Of a DNA stretch of 64,000 nucleotides, positions 39,949 through 47,949 are shown piece by piece (position 1 is the stretch's first letter; the number at the start of each line of letters is the position of its first letter). Under the pieces are notes generated by a model. It was not told the DNA's origin. It saw only the letters and a program-made list of their open reading frames with translations, and searched no databases. The stretch spans positions 1,667 to 65,666 of the IMG/VR virus record IMGVR_UViG_3300021963_000121; one strand, 5' to 3'. Source of the stretch: a virus (Duplodnaviria; Caudoviricetes). A program made the translations under genes and the position numbers.

Positions 39949-40400
39949 AGCGGTTTTGGCTTGCACTGGCTAACTTCAAGTGCCTAAGAACAACTGGACC
40001 TCGGGTCTCAGGGACGGAAATCTGCGCCGCGGCAGTACTTAATCAGCATCCTTAACAGGACCACGATCGCAAAATGCCTGCGGTTTGATTATTTGAACGG
40101 AGTAACTATAGGCTAAAAGAGGGTTAATAACCCGCGGCTATACGCATGATAGCGTATGTGTATAGACCTGCCGTCATAAAAAAGACGAAGCTCGAGGTAC
40201 CGGATGACCGCCTCTGTAATGCTTTAACGCTGTGTGACTTGTCGAACTCGGATAATGTTCATTTTTTTAGCCCGGAAACGGGCTAAGTGTGACCATAGAA
40301 TCTGGATAATGCTTAAATGCTTCGCATCTATATTAAATAAAGAAAGAAATAAAAAAGTGTTTGAGCGACAGCGATAAACACGAGCGAGCTAGTCTCGCTC
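39949..40400 (+). ncRNA. Candidate large structured non-coding RNA (family not recognised)
   Basis: Longest ORF-free gap in the window, with about a dozen stems including G-U pairs, a GAAA tetraloop (TTAGCCCG-GAAA-CGGGCTAA, 40267-40286) and multibranch junctions. Boundaries are approximate. Confidence 0.65.
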
Positions 40401-40408
40401 TACAAAGA

Positions 40409-40415
40409 ATAAATA
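40409..40415 (+). promoter_or_regulatory. T4-type late promoter (ATAAATA)
   Basis: Motif upstream of AGGA and ATG 40442. Confidence 0.6.
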
Positions 40416-40441
40416 ATGTATCGGTTTTAGGAATATAACAT

Positions 40442-41584
40442 ATGAGAATCCATGACGTTTTAACAGAATCAGATCTACAACAAATAGATGAAGCACCTGC
40501 TGGTATGGGGATGTTTGGTCGAGCTGGCCGAAAAATAGCATCTAAGTTAGGTCATAGCAAATCAACTGGCGTCTTGGATGCTGGCAATGATGCGATTGCT
40601 TTGAGAAAAGAACTTAACAGATACCTTGGTAAAACAGGACAACAACCTAATTCCGAAGCATTGATAGGATTCTTAACCAGTGCGGGATATCCCACACAGG
40701 GCGTAATGAAAATAATTCAAGGGCATGGCGGTACACCAACTGGTGTACTAGGCAAAGGCTCAGCCAACATATCAGCATTTAAAGATAGAATGGGTATGAA
40801 TAAACCCGCTGCTGGAGAAACTCCACCAAAAGTTGAACCTACTGGCACAATAGAAGTTCCACCTGCTGGTGACAAACCTGCTGCTGATGCTGACGCAGCA
40901 CCTGCTGCTACAGACACTCCTGCGGGATTTGGTCCAAAGACTGATGTTAAAACTACAACACCTACAGGCGAACCTATTCCTACAGGCGGAGTACCTAATA
41001 CTTCAATGGATCCACTAGATGCTATTAAGAAAAATGCCGGAATCCCAGCAACTCCTGCTGCCGATACACCCACAGCTGACAAAGCAGCACCTGGTCCAAA
41101 AATTGATCCCGAGCAGGCAGCAGCTCTCAAAGCTAAACTTAGCGGCGGTGGCGGCCTTGGCAAAACTACAGGTACAGGATTTTCTGCAGCTAAAAAGAAA
41201 TTTGGTGCTACGTTTGAAAATTTTGATCTTGAACTTGAAGAAGAAGATGCTGCCAAAGTATTGCCAAACTCTGTTATTGATCAAGCATTACTACGTGCTG
41301 TTCAAGACAGCTACAAACTAGGCGGTGGACAAAATATCAACACTGGAGCTAGCGGTACAACTCCAGGAGCTGACGATGAGAAACCAGGAGCTATGAGTAG
41401 ATTTGGCTCAAACTTCAAAGCAGCAATGAGTGGTGCCGGCGGTGCTGCTGCGGGTGGTACTGACAAAGCTGCTAGTGCTGATGTAGCAAACACTTTGAAA
41501 ACTGCTGCTGGCGGACAACCAGTTCAATCAACAACCAATCAAGGCATTGACACGTTACTTAAGAACGCTGGCTTGCTGAAATAA
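40442..41584 (+). CDS. Low-complexity Pro/Ala/Gly-rich late protein, probably virion-associated
   Basis: 380-aa ORF under a late promoter; N-terminus MRIHDVLTE...IDEA; long disordered linker. Confidence 0.6.
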   Translation: MRIHDVLTESDLQQIDEAPAGMGMFGRAGRKIASKLGHSKSTGVLDAGNDAIALRKELNRYLGKTGQQPNSEALIGFLTSAGYPTQGVMKIIQGHGGTPTGVLGKGSANISAFKDRMGMNKPAAGETPPKVEPTGTIEVPPAGDKPAADADAAPAATDTPAGFGPKTDVKTTTPTGEPIPTGGVPNTSMDPLDAIKKNAGIPATPAADTPTADKAAPGPKIDPEQAAALKAKLSGGGGLGKTTGTGFSAAKKKFGATFENFDLELEEEDAAKVLPNSVIDQALLRAVQDSYKLGGGQNINTGASGTTPGADDEKPGAMSRFGSNFKAAMSGAGGAAAGGTDKAASADVANTLKTAAGGQPVQSTTNQGIDTLLKNAGLLK

Positions 41585-41604
41585 TATTAACAAAGTGGTG
41601 CCGT

Positions 41605-41835
41605 TTAAAAGAACGGCAACCCACTTTGTTTTGTAATATCCATATTTTCTTTTACAATGTCTGTGATAATCTGACGTTCCTCCCAACTGAGGTTCATTGA
41701 TTCAGAGAAACTGACTCCGCCTCTCATGTACCACACAGATCTCATTGCTTCTAATTTTATTGCCCTAGCTTGATCGTCAAGGGCTTTCGATTCCGCTAGG
41801 ATATCCGGAATGCTTAACGTCGAAAGCCTTGTCCG
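41605..41835 (-). CDS. gp51-like / 'T' portion of the tail assembly chaperone, probably expressed as a -1 frameshift extension of 41814-42734
   Basis: WYMRGGVSFSESMNLSWEER resembles the gp51/GT-type C-terminal motif; its frame is -1 relative to the upstream gene at a slippery heptamer. Confidence 0.7.
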   Translation of the reverse strand, partial: RTRLSTLSIPDILAESKALDDQARAIKLEAMRSVWYMRGGVSFSESMNLSWEERQIITDIVKENMDITKQSGLPFF

Positions 41836-41841
41836 AAAAAA
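41782..41841 (-). other. Programmed -1 ribosomal frameshift signal
   Basis: In-frame T TTT TTC (41841-41835), 6-nt spacer GGACAA, then a 9-bp stem GGCTTTCGA/TCGAAAGCC with an inner TTCCG/CGGAA stem. Confidence 0.8.
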
Positions 41842-42734
41842 TCCGATTGATCCATGGTTAGTGTGACATCCCACTCGTGTTTACAGCTCTGACATGTGGC
41901 ATGAAACTTGCTCATAGTTCCAGTTTCTGTGCTTTTGTTGATAGCATCGTTAACTGTTTGGAACACTGCCTTGTCGGCTTTTGATAAAAACTCTCTGATG
42001 TATTCTGGATTGTCAGTAGATCCAGAAACACTTTCTATTTTGTGTACACAGTTAGCAGCAGATTCAATAGTAATGTCAGTGAGTTTGATAAAACTTTCTT
42101 GGAACATTTTGATTTTATCTTGTTCGCTGAGTTTATCATCATTGACTATGCTAAAAATTCTCTGATGCTCAAAAGCCTTTAACGCAGTCTGTGTGGTCTG
42201 TTTGTAAGTCAACGGTCTTAAGGACACCAACATGTCTGAGCCAATTTCAACTTTTTCGTTGAATGTAGATTGATTCAATCCGTCTAAAACATTTCTTAAA
42301 TCCACAGCAAAGTCGTTGCTGGTTGAGCAACTAGGGCACTGAGTAGTAACATCCATTTCAACACCATAGGTAGCAATACGTATGGCAATTAACACAGCGT
42401 CAATGTCGATGCTGGGCATAGACCAAGGATCTTTGATGTTTGGAATACAGCTTTTTACAACTTCCACAGTGGCTGAGCCGTTCATTAAAGCATCTGGAGT
42501 TTTAAACAACAACTCGTCTCTGGCTGTCATAGCAAACACTGGAAACTCTCCAGTTTCTGTTTTTTCTAGAGCACCTTCTGGATAGAATTTTCCCTTGCTG
42601 GGCAAAGACATCCAAATTTTAGGCTGTCTAAAAAATCCAGATAATGGATTAGCAGACACTGGCTGTGCTGGCGTTTTAGCAGGAATAGGTGATAATATTC
42701 TTTCTGCTTTACTGGTTGGATCAAAATCTGACAT
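41814..42734 (-). CDS. Baseplate hub assembly / tail assembly chaperone, T4 gp26-like
   Basis: NPLSGFFRQPKIWMSLPSKGKFY, MTARDELL, DIDAVLIAIRIATYG, two CxxC motifs (CPSC, CQSC); ends DFF; divergent from the tape-measure genes. Confidence 0.8.
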   Translation of the reverse strand: MSDFDPTSKAERILSPIPAKTPAQPVSANPLSGFFRQPKIWMSLPSKGKFYPEGALEKTETGEFPVFAMTARDELLFKTPDALMNGSATVEVVKSCIPNIKDPWSMPSIDIDAVLIAIRIATYGVEMDVTTQCPSCSTSNDFAVDLRNVLDGLNQSTFNEKVEIGSDMLVSLRPLTYKQTTQTALKAFEHQRIFSIVNDDKLSEQDKIKMFQESFIKLTDITIESAANCVHKIESVSGSTDNPEYIREFLSKADKAVFQTVNDAINKSTETGTMSKFHATCQSCKHEWDVTLTMDQSDFFGQGFRR

Positions 42735-42746
42735 GTTTTTTATACC

Positions 42747-42777
42747 TATAAATAATAGTAGTTACAAGGTATTTATA
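42747..42777. promoter_or_regulatory. Face-to-face pair of perfect T4 late promoters
   Basis: TATAAATA on + (42747-42754) and on - (42770-42777), 15 bp apart, between divergent genes. Confidence 0.75.
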
Positions 42778-42816
42778 TGCGCAGATTTCTGGCATTTTCT
42801 TTTTTGGTAATCATAA

Positions 42817-45414
42817 ATGGCTAATACAACAGTAGAAATAATTGGCGGGCAATTATCAGGTGTGCTGCAAAACGCAGCATCTGATGCGACCTTACAAGAA
42901 ATTGTACGTGCTGTTAACAAAATGTCCAACAACACAGGTAGTGGCGCTGGCGCTGGCGCTGGACCTACACCATCATCGCAGTCGAGTTCAGGGTCGTCGA
43001 TTATGGAATCTGCTATGGACATGGTTGGCAATCAAATTGGAAATCTTGTTGGAGCAATGGGATCGTTTGCCGGATTGATAGCCAGCGGTAACGACAAACT
43101 CAGTTCATATACCACTGTATTAAATGATCAGATTATTAAAGGACTACCTCTTGTTGGAAAATACCTAGGAGCCTTTGGCGACGTGATCAACTATTCCATA
43201 GGTACTTTTGAATCATGGAATCAAAGTCTCAAACAATCTACTAAATCAGGAGCATCATTTAACAACAGTATTTTAGAATTACGAATGGCTGCTAACGGTG
43301 CTAACATTTCGTTAGATGACTTTGTTGGAATTGTGTCGGCTAATAGTGAATCGCTAGTGGCATTTGGTGGCACAGTAACTGCAGGTGCTAAAGTATTTGC
43401 TGAATATAACAAATATCTAAAAAGAGAAGGCGGCCCTGTAAACAACACTCTTAGACAAATGGGATACTCTAGCAAAGAAGTATCTGAGATGTTGATGATG
43501 TTTATGAAAAATACTCAGCGAGGAGCATTTAGAGAAAAACAATCAAAAGAACAATTTGAAAAACAATTTATGTTTTATTCTTTAAATTTAGATAGATTGG
43601 TAAAACTAACAGGACAAACAGCTCAACAGTTAGAAAGTAAAATCGCAGGTGTAAATCAAGATGCTGCTTACCAAGCAATGATAATGAGTCTTGGAACAGA
43701 TCAACAGACCATGATGGATGCTGGTCTTAAACAATTTGTTGCCACCTACGGTGATGCTGGCGCTGAACTCTGGAAAGCACTTGCTCTAGGACAACAACCT
43801 CAAACTGATCTAGCTGTTGATCTTATGACTATGATGCCGTTTGCCAGCAAAGGCGCAAAAGACATGGTAACTTCTATTAAAAAAGGCCGTGTGACTTTAG
43901 ATAAATTTGACGATACTTTACGACAAAGTTTTGTTGATCAAAATATGAGTATCAAAGATTATTATGTAAAAAATCAATCATTAATCAATGCAATGTCATT
44001 AATGGAAGGCCCAACTGGAGAACTTTATAGATCAATAAAATCAGCAGTTGCTGGTGTCGGTAGATATGGTAAAATTTCTGATTTAACCGCAGATAAACTA
44101 AATGCGATGTGGAAAGCAGCCAAAGACGAAGCAGACAAACGTGAAGGATTTACAAAATTAATGAATGACCTTTCTATTGCTTTTGACAAGTTCAAAGAAA
44201 GTTTAATAGATACATTGATGCCTATGTTTAACGATATTTCTAAATCGTTAAAAAGCGAAGAAGTTCAAGCAAGAATAAAAGCCTTTGGTGAATGGTTAGG
44301 CACTACTATAAAAAATCATTTGCCAAAAGTTACAGAGTTTTTAAAATTACTAGGTTCAGCTGAAGGTCGAGAATTTATTTTAAGTGAAATTGAACATTTT
44401 TGGCATGTACTTGGAGTACATGGTGAGTTTGCCCTAAAAAGATCGTTTAATACTGACAAAGACGACTGGGAAAAAATGGGAATTACTGACGAGGATAAAC
44501 AGAAAGCATTAAACGCTTTAGAGATTGATCGCGTAACCAGAGCAGCGCAATTAGGGTTTACAATTAAACCAGGAGGAGATTTTCTTGGTACACGTGGTGT
44601 AACATCCGATGACGGCACCGCTGACGCTACTAATGTTCAAAGACCAACTAGAGGTGACTCAGTAACCGGCGGGTATGCTAAAGATGCCGGTGCTGCCAAA
44701 ACAGCACAATACGAACAAGCTATTAGAGAAATGATGGCAAAGAGTGGAGTAAAAACTCAAGCACCTTTAAAAGGAGTTCCAGTTAACAGTGCTCGAGGAC
44801 TGCGTGATGGGACTTTCCACCACGGTACTGATCAAGCAACAAAAGAAGGTACTGAAATAAAAGCCCCAGTGTCTGGTTCAATCCAATACAAACAGCAGGT
44901 TAAAAATGGCAATCTTGAAGGGTATGGTAACTATGCTGAGATAATTGAACCTACAACAGGTACAGTTCATATATTAGGCCATATGAATCTTAAAGCGTGG
45001 GAACAATACAAAAAAATATTTGACGGTAAGAAAAATACTGTTAGTGTAGGCGATATAGTTGGCGGCGTAGGTAATACTGGAACGTCGAGCGGGGCACATC
45101 TTCATTATGAAGTTAGAACTAAAGACGGGTTTAGTGTCGACCCTAGACAAATAATAGGTACACCGGATGCTCAAGGTAAACATGTACCTGCCTTTGCTAG
45201 TGGAACTATAGGAACTTCTAGTGGTTCAACAGCAATGTCTGTAGAGCAAATGGAGAGTATTGCTAAGACTGGCGGGTCAATTAACATAGCTGAACTGATT
45301 ACAACTTTTAATGCTAATATGTCAACGTTGATCGAAATGACGAAAGAAAGGCAGTCAATACATTATCAGCAACTTGACGCACAAAAACAACACAGCGGAA
45401 ATCTAGCACTATAA
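42817..45414 (+). CDS. Tape-measure-like protein with C-terminal M23 peptidase domain
   Basis: Long Ala/Gly/Met-rich helical body; HHGTD, APVSG, GYGNY and GNTGTSSGAHLHYEV give intact HxxxD and HxH zinc motifs. Confidence 0.8.
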   Translation: MANTTVEIIGGQLSGVLQNAASDATLQEIVRAVNKMSNNTGSGAGAGAGPTPSSQSSSGSSIMESAMDMVGNQIGNLVGAMGSFAGLIASGNDKLSSYTTVLNDQIIKGLPLVGKYLGAFGDVINYSIGTFESWNQSLKQSTKSGASFNNSILELRMAANGANISLDDFVGIVSANSESLVAFGGTVTAGAKVFAEYNKYLKREGGPVNNTLRQMGYSSKEVSEMLMMFMKNTQRGAFREKQSKEQFEKQFMFYSLNLDRLVKLTGQTAQQLESKIAGVNQDAAYQAMIMSLGTDQQTMMDAGLKQFVATYGDAGAELWKALALGQQPQTDLAVDLMTMMPFASKGAKDMVTSIKKGRVTLDKFDDTLRQSFVDQNMSIKDYYVKNQSLINAMSLMEGPTGELYRSIKSAVAGVGRYGKISDLTADKLNAMWKAAKDEADKREGFTKLMNDLSIAFDKFKESLIDTLMPMFNDISKSLKSEEVQARIKAFGEWLGTTIKNHLPKVTEFLKLLGSAEGREFILSEIEHFWHVLGVHGEFALKRSFNTDKDDWEKMGITDEDKQKALNALEIDRVTRAAQLGFTIKPGGDFLGTRGVTSDDGTADATNVQRPTRGDSVTGGYAKDAGAAKTAQYEQAIREMMAKSGVKTQAPLKGVPVNSARGLRDGTFHHGTDQATKEGTEIKAPVSGSIQYKQQVKNGNLEGYGNYAEIIEPTTGTVHILGHMNLKAWEQYKKIFDGKKNTVSVGDIVGGVGNTGTSSGAHLHYEVRTKDGFSVDPRQIIGTPDAQGKHVPAFASGTIGTSSGSTAMSVEQMESIAKTGGSINIAELITTFNANMSTLIEMTKERQSIHYQQLDAQKQHSGNLAL

Positions 45415-45417
45415 CAT

Positions 45418-47934
45418 ATGGCAAATAGAACTGTAGAACTAATAACCAGTAGCTACGGACGATTGGTATTTAAGAATGCCGCGTCTGAAGCAACCTTACG
45501 AGATTTAATTAATGCTGTAGAGAATCTTGAAGATTCTATAGGGTCAACAGATAACACTTCTACCCCTACTGTTAGAAATATATCTAAAAAAGCAAAATCT
45601 ATTAACAAAGAGATGTCTTCGATCTCAAAATTTGGCAAAGGTATTAAACAGACCGGTAAAACATTTGTTAATCTTTTAGAAACTAATACTGACAAAGCCA
45701 GTGCTTGGGGTGCTGCTGTTAATGATAATTTAATTAAAAATGTTCCACTGGTTGGAGGATTTTTAGGATCACTTGGTGATGTTGTTATTTCTACTGTTCA
45801 GATTTTTGAAGGGTGGAATGATGTATTAAAACAAACTAGCAAATACGGAGCATCGTTTAATAACAGCGTTATTGCTCTAAGGTTTGCTGCTGCTGACGCA
45901 TATCTTAGTTTAGATACTTTTGCTAAATTAATAATGGAAAATTCTGAAGCACTTGCTGGTATAGGTGGCACAGTAACACAAGGCGCATTTATTTTTAGTA
46001 AATTTAATGAAGAATTAAAAGCAGAAGGGTCTAGAGTTCGAGACGAATTAATGCAGATGGGATTAACCACTGATGATGTTTCTGAGAGATTTATGAATTA
46101 CATGACATTTACTCTAAGAGGAGTTCAAAAAGAAACAATAAACTATAAAAGAGTTACAGATCAATTTGTAGATTACACAAGATTATCTATGCTGGTAAAT
46201 CAGTTAAGTGGTCAAGATGCTAAAAAAAGCGAACAAGAGATGAAAGCAGTTAGAGACGACGCAGCATTTATGGCCGAAGTTAATAATCAAGATGAAAGAA
46301 ATAGAAGCAAACTGTTAAGTGTTTTAGAATTATCATCAATGATTAACGGCAATGCTGGAATAAAATATGCCGAAGCATCATTAAAAAATCAAAAAGGCCT
46401 GAGCGAATCTGCTAACTTGATGGCTACATTATTTCCTAACAATGCGCAAGCCATTGAAGAAATGATGGCAATTGCCAAAGATACAGGCATAGATCAAAAA
46501 GAATTTAATCTTCGTGCTACAGAAATTGTGGCCAAATACGGTGGCCAATTACCTTCTCAACTTAAAAAACTTGGTAAGATTGAAGATAAAATTTCCATTG
46601 GTGCGGTAGGCATGGAAAATTATAAAGATGTAGTGTATGCTGCGTTAGCATTTCAAAATCGCATGGGCGGCGCCGCCGAGATGACTGAAGAAAACATTAG
46701 AAAAAATATTGAAAAAGCTCTCAAAGAACAAGAAAGAAGAGACGGGATTACACGATTATTAAATGCGTTTTCAATGGCAATTATGACTGCGTATCAATCA
46801 ATAATGAAAGTATTAGGTCCTGAGCTAACAAAAATGGCTGAAGAATTGAGTAAACAAGATCTAGGCGGAAAAATAAGAAAATTTGGCTCTGAAATTGGAT
46901 CACAGTTTGATGGCATGTGGCCAAAAATAAAGAATTTTTTAGCATTCATGGCTAGTCCAGAAGGATTAGAATTTGCTAGACAGCACGTTGAAAAGTGGAT
47001 AAGAAAGATTTGGATTAGGATGAAATTCTGGGCAGCAAGATCTGTTCTTAGCGCATTTTTCAGTGATCTATTTGGCTTTGATAAAGCCAGCGAGCTTGAA
47101 CAACTACAAATGGTTGAAAATGCTTATCAGGCACTGGCCAAAGCCCTAGAAGACACTGCCGCATTAAAAAATAATTTAATTTATAAAGCAACAACAGCAA
47201 AAAAAGCAGGAGCTTTTGATGCTGAATCTACAAAATGGTTTAATGAAAATATTTTAAACAAAGATTTTAAACGTTTTGTATCAGAAAAAACTGAGTACTC
47301 TCTAGGAAAAAAAGTTACAGAAAACAATAGAGTTATGAGAGAACTTATTGCTCCAGAGGGATCAGCAATTATGGCTCCGTTTGGTGGCACAATTAAAGCA
47401 TCCACCGGCAAAAATGGTGGAGAGCTTTACTTACATGACGAAAAACGAAATTTAATGTTTGCTTTAAGAGGCGTAGGAGCACACATTGACCCTGTTACTG
47501 GTAGAGATTTGAATAAAGACCTGCTTGCCGGTTATGCTGCTGATATTGGCAAGTACGTTAATGCTGGCCAAGTAATTGGTTACATTGGCAAAGGTGCTGT
47601 GCCACGACTATCTATAGGCCAATCAAACAGTCCATATACTATAGATCCTAGTGAACTGGGTCTTAGGACTGGTACTTTAGGGCAAACAGGCAATTTATTT
47701 GCTAATTTTGATCCTGTAAAAGGAACACCGGCACTGTTACACGGCAAAGAAGCTGTGGTCACAGTACCGCAAATGGGCCAAATTATATCATCAGCTGGCC
47801 AAATATCATTAGCACAATTCATAACGAGTTTAAATAGTAATATAAACGTTCTTATCTCTCTTGCTAGAGAAGAAAATAGAGTAGAAAGGAACAAGCTATC
47901 TGCTATTAAGAATATGAAGTTAGTGAGAAATTAA
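45418..47934 (+). CDS. Second tape-measure-like paralog with degenerate M23-like domain
   Basis: Shares NAAS(D/E)ATL, GASFNNS and GGTVT.GA with the preceding gene. PEGSAIMAPFGG and VNAGQVIGYIG are present but the zinc ligands are not; LLHGKEAVV near the C-terminus. Confidence 0.72.
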   Translation: MANRTVELITSSYGRLVFKNAASEATLRDLINAVENLEDSIGSTDNTSTPTVRNISKKAKSINKEMSSISKFGKGIKQTGKTFVNLLETNTDKASAWGAAVNDNLIKNVPLVGGFLGSLGDVVISTVQIFEGWNDVLKQTSKYGASFNNSVIALRFAAADAYLSLDTFAKLIMENSEALAGIGGTVTQGAFIFSKFNEELKAEGSRVRDELMQMGLTTDDVSERFMNYMTFTLRGVQKETINYKRVTDQFVDYTRLSMLVNQLSGQDAKKSEQEMKAVRDDAAFMAEVNNQDERNRSKLLSVLELSSMINGNAGIKYAEASLKNQKGLSESANLMATLFPNNAQAIEEMMAIAKDTGIDQKEFNLRATEIVAKYGGQLPSQLKKLGKIEDKISIGAVGMENYKDVVYAALAFQNRMGGAAEMTEENIRKNIEKALKEQERRDGITRLLNAFSMAIMTAYQSIMKVLGPELTKMAEELSKQDLGGKIRKFGSEIGSQFDGMWPKIKNFLAFMASPEGLEFARQHVEKWIRKIWIRMKFWAARSVLSAFFSDLFGFDKASELEQLQMVENAYQALAKALEDTAALKNNLIYKATTAKKAGAFDAESTKWFNENILNKDFKRFVSEKTEYSLGKKVTENNRVMRELIAPEGSAIMAPFGGTIKASTGKNGGELYLHDEKRNLMFALRGVGAHIDPVTGRDLNKDLLAGYAADIGKYVNAGQVIGYIGKGAVPRLSIGQSNSPYTIDPSELGLRTGTLGQTGNLFANFDPVKGTPALLHGKEAVVTVPQMGQIISSAGQISLAQFITSLNSNINVLISLAREENRVERNKLSAIKNMKLVRN

Positions 47935-47949
47935 TCTAGGAGTAAGACA

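Noticed and set aside
40261-40290. Intrinsic terminator at the GAAA hairpin
   Set aside because: The T-tract precedes the hairpin on +, and the minus strand gives an A-tract after it, so no U-tract follows on either strand.
40232-40311. CRISPR mini-array
   Set aside because: Only two imperfect copies with variable interiors, and no cas genes in the window.
39949-40400. Identification of the structured region as a group I/II intron, tmRNA, tRNA, RNase P, SRP RNA or hammerhead
   Set aside because: It does not interrupt a gene and I could not find the diagnostic cores (P7 R/S elements, domain V, T-loop/CCA end, GAGGAAAGUCC with its P4 partner, CUGAUGA). Resemblances are only partial; a covariance-model search is needed.
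41836-41874. ORF-track start at 41874 (MGCHTNHG...) as an independent gene start
   Set aside because: It lies inside the upstream gene without a clear RBS; the slippery site and stem explain the overlap better.
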